Assembly: GCA_963713825.1 (NCBI GenBank)
Contig: CAVQNG010000003.1
Location: 1,792,001 to 1,856,000, forward strand
Source of the DNA: an uncultured Acidobacteriota bacterium
GTDB taxonomy: Bacteria > Acidobacteriota > Thermoanaerobaculia > Multivoradales > JAHEKO01
Length of the DNA: 64,000 nucleotides
Direction: 5' to 3'
The position numbers and the translations under genes are program-made. Within the stretch, counting starts at the first letter, position 1. Each line of letters begins with the position of its first letter. Shown here in pieces: positions 28,458 through 38,262 of this stretch. The notes under the pieces are model-generated. The model was not told the origin of the DNA, ran no database searches, and saw nothing but the letters and a program-made list of their open reading frames with translations.

Positions 28458-29507
28458 CTACGGCGTTGGGTCTGGTGGCATGGCGGCTGAAGCGGCTGCG
28501 GCCTGTGCCTGGAACTCAGCTGGCGTCGTCCCTGTCCACCTCCTGAAGGCCCGATAGAAGGCGCTGAGCTCCGAGAATCCCACCAGGAATGCGACCTCGG
28601 CGATGCTGCAACGCCGATTGGTAAGGAGGTCGGCGGCCCGTTCTCGTCGCAGCTGCTCGAGCAGCACGCGAAAGCTGGTGTCCTCTTGGCGTAGGCCTCG
28701 GTGAAGAGTTCGAACGCTCATGTTGAGACTGTCGGCGACCTGACGCGCGGTTGGTGCACCCGAGCTCAGCGCTTCGACGAGTTGCTCCCGAACTCTGCCG
28801 CTGAGAGTCGAGCGAGACGGGGCCCACTGCAAGGTCGTCTCCGCGTAGCGGTCCATCATTCGGACCAGAGCCGTGTCGGCCCGAGAGTTGGGGATATCGA
28901 GGATCGTATTGGGCACGTGCAGCGCTGTCCGGCCACTCGAAAACAGCACGCCCTCCCCAAAGAGACGTCGGTGCTCCGAGATGTCGGCCGGAGCCTGGTG
29001 TGCGAAACAGACGCGACTTGGCAGCCAGTCTCGTCCCGCGACCAGCCGTCCGAAACGTACCCAGGCGGTTACGAGGAATTCTGCCGGCTGTTGCCCCACC
29101 GCCAGTCCACCGGGCAGGGAATGACTGAGAATTGCTTCTTGTATTCCCTCTTTGAGTGAGAGATCGGTGCCTTCGTGAATAAGACGTTGGTAGCGACAGG
29201 CCCGGTGGTAGGCATCGCGCAGCGTTGGACTGGAAAGGACAGCATAGGCGTGCACCTCGAAGGATCCGACCGGGGCTGCCTCCGCGAGGTGAATGCCCAC
29301 GTGCTCGTCACCTGTTGCTTCGCGCGCCACCTCCCACAGAGCCATCATCGACTCCAATGGTACGGTTCCCTCGGGATCTCCATCCACCGTATCGCGCGGT
29401 ATGGAAGCTTCGGCGAGAATCGAATCAACTGGGTGGCCGAGAGCCTCCAGGCCCGCGACCACCGGTTGGAGTCCTCGTACTGTGAGATGTGACTTCCACG
29501 CTATCAT
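28458..29507 (-). CDS. AraC-family transcriptional regulator (OruR/ArgR-type N-terminal domain)
   Basis: C-terminal MSVRTLHRGL...SIAEVAFLVGFSELSAFYRAFRRWTGTTP. Confidence 0.92.
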   Translation of the reverse strand: MIAWKSHLTVRGLQPVVAGLEALGHPVDSILAEASIPRDTVDGDPEGTVPLESMMALWEVAREATGDEHVGIHLAEAAPVGSFEVHAYAVLSSPTLRDAYHRACRYQRLIHEGTDLSLKEGIQEAILSHSLPGGLAVGQQPAEFLVTAWVRFGRLVAGRDWLPSRVCFAHQAPADISEHRRLFGEGVLFSSGRTALHVPNTILDIPNSRADTALVRMMDRYAETTLQWAPSRSTLSGRVREQLVEALSSGAPTARQVADSLNMSVRTLHRGLRQEDTSFRVLLEQLRRERAADLLTNRRCSIAEVAFLVGFSELSAFYRAFRRWTGTTPAEFQAQAAAASAAMPPDPTP

Positions 29508-29692
29508 GTGGTGACCTACTTGGGAGTTGTCAGTGGGTCAGTATAGTCGCTCATGGATCGCGAACTCCGGGCGATGTGGCTGAAACCTGGTGAGATCCGC
29601 CAAGGTCTTCTGGAGCATGATAGGGATGCGCCCAGCAGAAAGGATGCCATGTAGAATCCTGCTATCCCTTATCGAGTTGAAATGAGGTGAAC

Positions 29693-30157
29693 ATGGCGGA
29701 GACCATCCAGTTCCGACTCAACGGCCAGCAGAAGACGGTGGAGACCGACGGAGACCGTAAGCTCCTGTGGGTGCTGCGGACGGATCTCGGATTGACCGGT
29801 ACCAAGTACGGTTGCGGTGAGAGCCTCTGCGGCTCGTGCACGGTAGTTGTGGATGGAGAGGCGGTGCGAACCTGCCAGCTTCCCGTTTCTGCTGTGCAGG
29901 GCAAGGAGGTCCTGACGATCGAAGGCCTTGCCAGCGGCAAGAATCTCCATCCTCTGCAGGAGGAGTTCGCCGATCGAGGGGCTCTGCAGTGCGGCTTCTG
30001 CACTCCAGGGATGATCATGAATGCCTACGGACTGATCCTCTCCAAGAAGCCGTTGTCCCGCGGTGAGATCGTCGAGGGCATGGAGGAGAACCTCTGTCGC
30101 TGTGGTGCTCATCAACGGATCGTCGAGGCGATCGAAGCCGCTTCGAGGAGGGTATAG
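29693..30157 (+). CDS. iorA: (2Fe-2S)-binding small subunit of a xanthine oxidase-family molybdoenzyme (IorA/CoxS-like)
   Basis: GTKYGCGESLCGSCTV, QCGFCTPG and NLCRCG; RBS GAGGTGA. Confidence 0.9.
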   Translation: MAETIQFRLNGQQKTVETDGDRKLLWVLRTDLGLTGTKYGCGESLCGSCTVVVDGEAVRTCQLPVSAVQGKEVLTIEGLASGKNLHPLQEEFADRGALQCGFCTPGMIMNAYGLILSKKPLSRGEIVEGMEENLCRCGAHQRIVEAIEAASRRV

Positions 30158-30159
30158 AG

Positions 30160-32361
30160 ATGACGATTCGAGACTTCTCTGCAGAAGAGATGCTCAGAGA
30201 ACAGATGGGCGGATTGCCGGCGACTGACGAGGCGACTCTGCCTCCTCTCGGAACCCTCGATCGGCGTCAGTTCCTCAAGGCCGTCGGTGGCGGCATCGTA
30301 GTCCTCGTTGCCATGGGAGGTTCTGGCGGCTCGGTCGTCGAGGCCCAGGGAATGGGCTATCCGGAGGATTTCAACGCCTACCTCCGCATTGGCAAGGATG
30401 GCCGGGTTACCGTTTTCTCCGGCAAGATCGAGATGGGGCAGGGCGTCATGACTTCGCTGGCCCAGATGGCCGCCGAGGAGCTGGGCGTCAGCCTGCATCG
30501 CATCGACATGATCATGGGTGACACCGATCTGTGCCCGTATGACCGCGGAACCTGGGGTTCGATGAGCACGCGGTTCTTTGGCCCGGCTGTTCGCGCTGCC
30601 GCCGCCAAGGCCCGCGAAGTGCTCCTCGACCTGGCCTCGGAGCGCTTCGGAGCTCCGATCGACAGGCTGAGGGTGAAGGATGGTGTCATCACTCTGCTTA
30701 CCGACCGATCTCGAACCTTCACCTTCGGCGATCTTGCGGGTGGCGAGCCGATCACTCACACCATCGATCGAGAAGCGGTGCTCAGAAGCGTCCGCGAATT
30801 CAAGGCGATGGGCGTGCCGACCAAGCGGCTGGACGCGCTCGACAAGGTCACGGGAAAAGCCAAGTACGCCGGAGACATCCAGTTGCCGGGCATGCTCTAC
30901 GCCCGCCAGCTGCGGCCACCTGCGCACAGCTCCGAGCTCCGCAGCGTGGAGACCTCGAAGGCCGAAGAGGTGCCTGGCGTAGTTATCGTCAACCAGGATG
31001 GTGTCGTCGCGGCGCTGCACGAAGATCCCGAGCAGGCCGAGCGCGCACTGGGCCTCATCGAGGCCAATTGGCAGACTCCAGAGCCTCACGTCGATGAGAC
31101 GACGATCTGGGACTACTTGCGATCCAAGGACCCTGGTGGCGAGCCCGATGACGTGAGGGGCAGCGTCGGGGAGGGGGCGGAAAGCTCTACGAAGCGCTTC
31201 AGCCGCACCTACTACGATGGGTACGTCGCGCACGCCCCGATCGAAACTCACACCGCGACGGCTACCGTACAAGACGGCAAGGTCACGCTTTGGGTCTCAA
31301 CGCAGTCTCCATTCGGGAATCAAGCCACGGTGGCAGACGCCCTCGGGATTCCGAAGGAGCAGGTGCGAGTCATCACCCCCTACGTAGGCGGCGGTTTCGG
31401 CGGCAAGTCCACGGCTCACCAGGCAACGGAAGCCGCTCGGCTCACCCGCATCGTCGGACGTCCGGTTCAGGTGGCATACACGCGGGCCGAGGAGTTCTTC
31501 TACGACACGTTTCAGCCAGCCGCCTTCATCGAGATCGACTCTGGCATCGATGATGGGGGCCACATCGCGCTTTGGGACTACCATGTCTTCTTCGCCGGTG
31601 ACCGGGGAGCCGAGCAGCTCTACGACGTGCCGAACAGTCAGATCGTCGTGCACAGCCAGGGATGGCGCGCGCCGGGTGTCCACCCGTTTGCCACTGGCGC
31701 TTGGCGGGCTCCCGGTGCGAACACCAACATCTTCGCCAAGGAGTCGCAGATCGATGTGATGGCGGCGGCGGCCGGGATGGACCCGATCGAATTCCGTCTG
31801 CGCAACACCAGGGACAAGCGGCTCAGAAGTGTTCTCAAAGCCGTTGCCGACGCCTACGATTGGGAGCCGCAGCCCACACCGAGTGGTCGGGGCCTGGGAG
31901 TGGCCTGCGGCATCGATGCTGGCACCTATGTGGCGCACATCGTCGAGGTGGTGGTGGACCGAACGACCGGCGAAGTTCAGGTGAAGCGAGTCGTCTGCGC
32001 GCAGGATATGGGAATCGTTGTCAACCCCGAAGGCGCCAAGATGCAAATGGAAGGCTGCATCACCATGGGGCTGGGCTACGCGTTTCGCGAGAACCTGCGC
32101 TTCCGCGGCGGCGAGATCCTCGACAAGAACTTCGACACCTATGAGATCCCGAGATTTTCCTGGGTGCCCAAGATCGACACCGTGCTGGTGAAGAACGACG
32201 AGCTCGATCCCCAGGGTGGCGGCGAGCCGGCCATCATCGGCATGGGCGGGGCGATCGCCAACGCCATCTTCGACGCCACTGGCGCCCGGCTCTTCCACCT
32301 GCCGATGACGCCCAAACGTGTGCTGGAGGCACTGGCCCGGTTGCCTGACTTCGAGGGCTAG
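30160..32361 (+). CDS. iorB: Molybdopterin-binding large subunit, isoquinoline 1-oxidoreductase beta-like, with Tat-like motif
   Basis: DRRQFLK, EMGQG, GGGFGGK, AWRAPG, QMEG and GGGEP motifs; IorB-type domain order. Confidence 0.88.
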   Translation: MTIRDFSAEEMLREQMGGLPATDEATLPPLGTLDRRQFLKAVGGGIVVLVAMGGSGGSVVEAQGMGYPEDFNAYLRIGKDGRVTVFSGKIEMGQGVMTSLAQMAAEELGVSLHRIDMIMGDTDLCPYDRGTWGSMSTRFFGPAVRAAAAKAREVLLDLASERFGAPIDRLRVKDGVITLLTDRSRTFTFGDLAGGEPITHTIDREAVLRSVREFKAMGVPTKRLDALDKVTGKAKYAGDIQLPGMLYARQLRPPAHSSELRSVETSKAEEVPGVVIVNQDGVVAALHEDPEQAERALGLIEANWQTPEPHVDETTIWDYLRSKDPGGEPDDVRGSVGEGAESSTKRFSRTYYDGYVAHAPIETHTATATVQDGKVTLWVSTQSPFGNQATVADALGIPKEQVRVITPYVGGGFGGKSTAHQATEAARLTRIVGRPVQVAYTRAEEFFYDTFQPAAFIEIDSGIDDGGHIALWDYHVFFAGDRGAEQLYDVPNSQIVVHSQGWRAPGVHPFATGAWRAPGANTNIFAKESQIDVMAAAAGMDPIEFRLRNTRDKRLRSVLKAVADAYDWEPQPTPSGRGLGVACGIDAGTYVAHIVEVVVDRTTGEVQVKRVVCAQDMGIVVNPEGAKMQMEGCITMGLGYAFRENLRFRGGEILDKNFDTYEIPRFSWVPKIDTVLVKNDELDPQGGGEPAIIGMGGAIANAIFDATGARLFHLPMTPKRVLEALARLPDFEG

Positions 32362-32397
32362 CTCGCCTCGCGGTCCGTCTCCAGCGGTAGCGCTCGA

Positions 32398-34953
32398 CTA
32401 CTCCTGCCGCAGGGCCTGGACCGGATCCAGGCGCGAGGCGCGGTGGGCCGGCCAGAAGCCGGCGACCAGGGCCACACCGATGAGCACCAGGGAGGCCAGA
32501 AGAAGTGTCTCGAGGTTCGACGGGTCGAGACCGAAGAGCAGGCCCGCCATGAGCCTACCCGAGGCCAGGGCCACGGCCAGACCGATGGCGACCCCGATGA
32601 CAACGAGGACCAGGGCGCTCTTGAGCGCCATCCAGGTGACCTGGGTTCGCAGTGCGCCCAGGGCGATCCGGATTCCGATCTCACGTGTCCTGCGAGAGAC
32701 GCCGTAGGCCACGACGCCATAGAGGCCGAGCGACGCCAGGATCAGCGCCAGCAGTCCGAAGAGAGTCGTCAGCTGGGCAATCATCTTCTCCTGTTGCAGG
32801 GTCCGTTCGATAACGTCCGTCAGGGGTCGAGCAACGAGCAGCGGCAGGCCTGATGCGACCTCCGCGATGACACGGCTGACCTCGGGAATCAGCGTCTCCG
32901 GCTTCTGGCGGGACCGGGTCAGAAGGGTGAACAGAGCCTGCATATTCTGGGCGACAGGAAAGTAGACCGTCGGGGTCGCTTCGGTGCGTAGATCGTGCTG
33001 CTTGAAGTTCCCCACCATGCCGACGATCTCGATGTCTTGGGCGGTGTCATCGCCATCGACGCCGAAACGCTCGCCAATGGGCGATCGGCCTGCGAAGTAA
33101 CGACGAGCGAAGGCCTCGTTGACGACCGCTACCTGCGGGGCGCCTTCAGCGTCGCTCTCGGCGAGGGGTCGTCCGAGCAGAAGCCGAGCCCCGATGGTCT
33201 CGAAATAGCCGGGCGTCACGAGGTCGGCCTCGATCAGAGCCTCGGAGTCGGTTTGGGGTTGGTAGCCATCGATCGAGATCGCGTTTACGTAGCGGCCGCT
33301 GCCGAAGGGTCCCAAATAGGCAATGCTGGCCGACTCGACACCCGGCAGCGCCTCGACTCTGGCCAGCAGATCTCGATACAGGCCCGGGAGTTGCTCTGGC
33401 GTGTACCCACCACCCTGGGGATCGATGTAGGCGGCGAGCAGTGCTTCGTGGATGACGCCGGTCTCCTCACTTCTCAAGTTCTGGAGACTGGCCACCAGCA
33501 GACCCGCGGCAACGAGCAGAGGCAGAGAGATCGCAACCTGAGAGACCAGGAGGATCTCCCGCAGTCCCCAGCCGCGGCCGGGGTCGTCGAAAGCTCCGCC
33601 TTCGCTTTTCATCGAGGCGGTCAGATCGGTTCGTGTGGCGCGCAGCGCCGGGATGAGACCGAAGAGCATCACGCTGAGGAGCGAGACGACGAGCGTGAAT
33701 CCCAGCACTCGGAGGTCGAGCCCCACGTCGATGGGGACGGCGCGGGTCGAAATCAGGCTGAGGAGCAGGGAGATCAACCACCGCGCCACGAGCAACCCCA
33801 TGGCGCCGCCCACGAGAGCTAGGATCAGGCCCTCGGTGAGGAACTGGCGCAGCAGCCGATTGCGCGTCGACCCCAGGGCCATGCGTAGTGCCACCTCCTG
33901 CTCGCGAGTCGCCGCCCTGGCCAATTGCAGGTTACCGACGTTGGCGCAGGCGATCAGCAAGACGAGGCCGACCACCGACATCAGGAATACGAGGGGCCTC
34001 GAGTACCTTCTCCGGAGCGGCGAGAAGCCCTTGGCGAACGGCTCCAACTCGGTCGAGAGAGCGGCGATCGTGCGCTTCGACTCTGCAGAGAGCTCGGAGC
34101 CCGCAGCGTCGGTCACGACCCGACGGAAGATCTCGTTGGTCCTGGCTTCCGCGGCCTGCACGGTGACGCTCGGATCCAGGCGTCCAAGGATTCTCAACCA
34201 CATCCTCTCCCGATCGTCGAGGAAGGAAGGTTCCCGCGTGATCTCGGACTGCATCGCGAGCGGTACCCAGAGGTCGGTCGAGAACCCGACCGTGACGCCT
34301 TGGAAGTCGGCAGAGGTCACTCCGAGAATGGTGTAACGGGCGCCGCTCAACTCGATCGTGCTATTGACGATGTCTGGGTCCTGCCCGAACTTCCGGGTCC
34401 AGAGTCCATGGCTGATCACGACCACCGGATGAGCTCCGGCAACTCGATTGTCGGCAGGGGAGAGGGTGCGGCCGAGAGCTGCCGGAACGCCGAGCAGGTC
34501 GAAAAAGTTGCCGCTCACCAGGCGTGCCTGGAACCTCTCCATGGGCTCGCCGGGCACGGGTGCCTCGTCGGTGGCGAAAACGTCGATGGGATAGCTCGAC
34601 AGAGCGGCCAGGCCGCTGAAGTACTCACCTTGCTGTTGGAAGTCCTGATAGAGGGGATAGGAGAAGAGGCTGGTGTCTCTCTCCTCGGGCGTATCGGAAA
34701 TCCTCTGCCCCATCCTGGCTTCGGCGCCGAAGACGTAGAGCTCCTCGGGGCTCTCGACCGGAAGGGAGCGAACCATGACGGCGTTCACCAACGTGAAGAT
34801 CGCGGTGTTGGCGCCGATGCCGAGAGCCAACGTGAGCGTCACCACGAGCGTGAACATCGGGCTCTTGACCAGGGACCTTGCTCCGTAGCGAAGATCCCGG
34901 AAGAAGGTTTCGAGAAAGTCGAATGGTGTCTTGGTCGAGTGGCTGCTGGTCAT
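32398..34953 (-). CDS. ADOP-type duplicated ABC permease (MacB_PCD/FtsX x2)
   Basis: RDLRYGARSL.KSP.F..LALGIGANTAIF, LLIACANV, and GLYGVVAYGVSRRTREIGIRIALGA...DPVQALRQE. Start re-assigned to ATG 34953. Confidence 0.9.
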   Translation of the reverse strand: MTSSHSTKTPFDFLETFFRDLRYGARSLVKSPMFTLVVTLTLALGIGANTAIFTLVNAVMVRSLPVESPEELYVFGAEARMGQRISDTPEERDTSLFSYPLYQDFQQQGEYFSGLAALSSYPIDVFATDEAPVPGEPMERFQARLVSGNFFDLLGVPAALGRTLSPADNRVAGAHPVVVISHGLWTRKFGQDPDIVNSTIELSGARYTILGVTSADFQGVTVGFSTDLWVPLAMQSEITREPSFLDDRERMWLRILGRLDPSVTVQAAEARTNEIFRRVVTDAAGSELSAESKRTIAALSTELEPFAKGFSPLRRRYSRPLVFLMSVVGLVLLIACANVGNLQLARAATREQEVALRMALGSTRNRLLRQFLTEGLILALVGGAMGLLVARWLISLLLSLISTRAVPIDVGLDLRVLGFTLVVSLLSVMLFGLIPALRATRTDLTASMKSEGGAFDDPGRGWGLREILLVSQVAISLPLLVAAGLLVASLQNLRSEETGVIHEALLAAYIDPQGGGYTPEQLPGLYRDLLARVEALPGVESASIAYLGPFGSGRYVNAISIDGYQPQTDSEALIEADLVTPGYFETIGARLLLGRPLAESDAEGAPQVAVVNEAFARRYFAGRSPIGERFGVDGDDTAQDIEIVGMVGNFKQHDLRTEATPTVYFPVAQNMQALFTLLTRSRQKPETLIPEVSRVIAEVASGLPLLVARPLTDVIERTLQQEKMIAQLTTLFGLLALILASLGLYGVVAYGVSRRTREIGIRIALGALRTQVTWMALKSALVLVVIGVAIGLAVALASGRLMAGLLFGLDPSNLETLLLASLVLIGVALVAGFWPAHRASRLDPVQALRQE

Positions 34954-35175
34954 CAGCGGATCCTTCCTGATTGGCGCACATTCGGAACTCTCGCGCTCAT
35001 GGAATGCATCGGGCGTGCCAAGCGTTACCTTCAACGAGTAGCAGGCCTGAAGTGACCACCAGGCTGACAAGATCTGTTCGATCGCGGGATGTTCGGTCCC
35101 GAAAGCAGACAGCCTCGACAAGACCCGGAGGAACCTAGCAGGTATGATCGCACCTCCAATTTGGTGGAGAACCCG

Positions 35176-37083
35176 ATGAGACACCGACAGTCGATCCCAG
35201 TGCCAACCGTTCTTGTTCTGCTCGTTTTGGCCGTCCCGGCCCTGGTATTTGGGTCGCCGGGTCCCGTGCACGTCTCTCAATATGAATGGACGGATGTAAC
35301 TCGCATCGTCGCGATCGGCGATCTCCACGGCAGCTATGAGAAGGCTTTGCGAATTCTCGAGGCCGCTGGCCTGATCGATGGCGATCTGCGCTGGAGCGGC
35401 GGCGAAGAGCATCTGGTCATTACCGGCGACGTTCTCGATCGCGGCACGGGTGGACGGGAGTTGATGGATCTGATCCGTCGGCTGCAGGGCGAGTCGCAAG
35501 CCGCCGGAGGCTACGTCCACATGTTGCTCGGCAACCACGAGGCGATGAACCTCATGCGGGATCTGCGCTACGTCAATCCTGTGGCCTACCAGTCGTTCGC
35601 CTCGGAGGAGAAGAAGCCGGATCGCAGAGCCGCACTGAAGTCCTATCTGGCCAGTCGCCAGAAGAATGCGAATCGAGAAGTGGCGACCAGCGAGTTCGAA
35701 AAGAAGTACCCGCCCGGCTACTTCGCCCGCCAGCAGAGCCTCAATCCTGATGGCGAGTACGGCGAGTGGCTCCTCGGGCTCCCCGCCATCGTCATGGTCA
35801 ACGACGTGATCTACATGCATGGCGGCCTGACGGAGGAGATTGCGGAGGTCGGGGTCGACGAGACGAATCGGCTCGTGCAAAGTGACCTGCGGCGCCACCT
35901 GGAGTCGCGGGGGGTGTTGGAAAAGAGGGGGATCGTCGAGCCCTGGATGGAGTACGTCGACATCGTATGGGTCAGGCAACAGGGGAAAGAGCAGGGAGAC
36001 AAGCTAACGGAAGAACTGCGCCTGGCTGTCGATGGTCTCGTGGGGACGTCCGACAGTCTGATGCTAGGGGGGCGAGGTCCGCTGTGGTATCGGGGGGGGT
36101 CCCACGAAGACGAGCGCATCGAGCGCGACAGCCTGGAGCGCACCCTCGAGCTGCTGGAGGCCAGGGCGATCGTTGTTGCCCACAGTCCGACCGAGGGCCG
36201 GGAGATCACTTCGCGGTTTCAGAACCGACTATTCCGTATCGATCACGACATCAGCTCCAGCGACGCGCTGCAGGCCCTGGTGGTCGAAGGTGATGACATC
36301 CTGGTTCTGGATGCCTCGACAGGCCGAGAGATCGAAGCGCCAAGAGAGCTGCCGATCGGCAAGCTCGATCCGCAGACGGTCACACAATGGTCGGATGCCG
36401 AGCTGCAGGAGTTCCTACAGCAGGCGTCGGTCATCGCCTCGCGCGACCTGGGCCGCGGGAGCACCCGACCGCGCCTTGTGGAAATGGAGATGGCAGGCAA
36501 GAAGGAGCGCGGCATTTTCAAGAACGTTTCGATCGGTGGCGAGCCAGGGTTCGAAGGTCAAATGGACCGCTATGAGCACGAGGTCGCGGCCTATCGCCTG
36601 GACCGAGAGCTCGATCTGGGATTGGTTCCAGTGTGTGTCCTGCGCGAGTTGGATGGCGAGCCGGGCTCGCTACAGGCGTGGGTCGAGGACGCGGTGGATC
36701 AGGAGTCGGCCACGGCTTACGAGCTGGAGTTCTTCGATCGAGATTGGGTAAAAGAGCGCATCGCGGATGGCGTGGTCTTCGACGCCCTGATTGGCAACCC
36801 TGACCGGGGGGCGGACGACATCCTCTGCGCTGTGCAACAGGACAGGCTATTTCTCATCGATCACTCGAAGGCCTTTCCAGTCTCGTCGGAGATCGGTTGG
36901 GAAGAAGGTCGGACGGTATCGATCGATCCCAGCCTGATCGCCGCTCTTGAAGGTCTGGACCAGGCCTCTTTAGAGCAAGATCTGGGCGAGTTGCTCTCCG
37001 CCGACCAGATCGAGGCTCTTTTGGGGCGCCGCGACCAGATTCTCGAACACGTCACCCCAGCGGTCGGCGAAGCCGGACCCTAG
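35176..37083 (+). CDS. Secreted metallophosphoesterase (Shewanella-like phosphatase) fused to an atypical PI3K/PI4K/Fam20-like kinase domain
   Basis: Signal peptide; GDLHG, GDVLDRG, GNHE and HGG; C-terminal GIFK, EVAAYRLDRELDLGLVP, DALIGNPDR and LIDHSKAF. Confidence 0.82.
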   Translation: MRHRQSIPVPTVLVLLVLAVPALVFGSPGPVHVSQYEWTDVTRIVAIGDLHGSYEKALRILEAAGLIDGDLRWSGGEEHLVITGDVLDRGTGGRELMDLIRRLQGESQAAGGYVHMLLGNHEAMNLMRDLRYVNPVAYQSFASEEKKPDRRAALKSYLASRQKNANREVATSEFEKKYPPGYFARQQSLNPDGEYGEWLLGLPAIVMVNDVIYMHGGLTEEIAEVGVDETNRLVQSDLRRHLESRGVLEKRGIVEPWMEYVDIVWVRQQGKEQGDKLTEELRLAVDGLVGTSDSLMLGGRGPLWYRGGSHEDERIERDSLERTLELLEARAIVVAHSPTEGREITSRFQNRLFRIDHDISSSDALQALVVEGDDILVLDASTGREIEAPRELPIGKLDPQTVTQWSDAELQEFLQQASVIASRDLGRGSTRPRLVEMEMAGKKERGIFKNVSIGGEPGFEGQMDRYEHEVAAYRLDRELDLGLVPVCVLRELDGEPGSLQAWVEDAVDQESATAYELEFFDRDWVKERIADGVVFDALIGNPDRGADDILCAVQQDRLFLIDHSKAFPVSSEIGWEEGRTVSIDPSLIAALEGLDQASLEQDLGELLSADQIEALLGRRDQILEHVTPAVGEAGP

Positions 37084-37114
37084 ATATCGCCGTCCAATCA
37101 GAGGGCCGATCCGG

Positions 37115-38122
37115 TCAGGGGACCGATCCGGTCCAGGCTGCCGTGTCACCCGATTCGAAGCCGTCCTGGAAGACCATCTCTCCGAAGGCCCCGATGTGAG
37201 TGGTGCTGATGACGATGTTGTCGAACCAGATGCGGTAGGACTGACTGGCCTCGGGAAAATAGTTCCAAACGATGAAGTGATTGAGCAGGAGCTCCTCGGT
37301 GTGCCGCCAAAGCACACCGGTGTGATGTGCGACCAGCTCACCGTCGATCCACAGCGCCATCTCGCCGTCGTAGTTGCCCGCGCCCAGAAACACAGTATTG
37401 GCCCGGATCATGGTTTCCACGGAGTACCAGCGATCCTGCTCCATTGAGACGGCAGTCCCTTGGTTCAAGTTGAAGTGGTTGCCCCAGCAGCACTCGAGCC
37501 CGTTGTTGCAGGGCAGTCCTCTGTTGGCACACCCTTCGCAAATGGCATTCGCATCCGCGTAGGTATTACAGTGACTGCCGGGATCGCAGCTCATGTCGGG
37601 AAAGTAGCTGTAGAAGAAGGGTTCGCCCGGTAGCACATCCGGCACTGTTTCGCGGCTGTCCACCGTCGCACCGTTCAGGCATTTGATGCCATTGGGGCGA
37701 CAGCCGGCTGTACCGTGGCAGGACCACGGGTCGTCGTCGCGGTCACCGTGAACTGCAAAGAAGTGGTGCATCGGACGGTCCCAGGCGCTGTCCCATTTCA
37801 TGTAGAAGCGAACGTAAATACGTTCTTCGCCGAAGAAGCGGTAGCCGAAGCTGGCTCCCGTGCCGTCGGTATCCAGGACCGCTTCCACCGAGCCGCTGCC
37901 TTGAAAGGTGTGCAGGCCTGGCACACCTGCGGTGACGAGAGTGGCGTCGTCATCGTGCTCCATACCCTCCCAGGAGTGGGTCTCGAAGTCGTTGCAGTAG
38001 ACAGCCGGATTCTGCTGGCAATAGGGCTCGATGGCCGTGAGCGGGCCGGCCCCGACCAGGGCGGCAACCAGGGCCGAGAGGGTGACTCGAGACCTTCGAC
38101 GGTGACAACCGAGCTTGCTCAC
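37115..38122 (-). CDS. Secreted jelly-roll (polysaccharide lyase/LamG-like) protein with Cys-rich insert and C-terminal FQDGFESGDTAAWT tag
   Basis: GTG start and signal peptide; IYVRFYMK, RWYSVE, DGEMALWIDG and IWFDNIVIS. Confidence 0.75.
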   Translation of the reverse strand: MSKLGCHRRRSRVTLSALVAALVGAGPLTAIEPYCQQNPAVYCNDFETHSWEGMEHDDDATLVTAGVPGLHTFQGSGSVEAVLDTDGTGASFGYRFFGEERIYVRFYMKWDSAWDRPMHHFFAVHGDRDDDPWSCHGTAGCRPNGIKCLNGATVDSRETVPDVLPGEPFFYSYFPDMSCDPGSHCNTYADANAICEGCANRGLPCNNGLECCWGNHFNLNQGTAVSMEQDRWYSVETMIRANTVFLGAGNYDGEMALWIDGELVAHHTGVLWRHTEELLLNHFIVWNYFPEASQSYRIWFDNIVISTTHIGAFGEMVFQDGFESGDTAAWTGSVP

Positions 38123-38262
38123 GCTTGGATCGAGGGTACCAAGACAGTGTCGGCAGTTCAGTGGAGGTTCAACACTGTCTCGTGGGAGGTGCGGCCCAGT
38201 GTAGAATCCCAGTAAATAGGCAGGTCAAGATCGTCCAGCAGGAGCCGCGAGGAAGGGGCTCG

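Noticed and set aside
34954-35979. N-terminal ~340 aa of the 1193-aa ORF 32398-35979
   Set aside because: It is antisense to the motif-rich phosphatase gene. The permease family signature begins just after ATG 34953.
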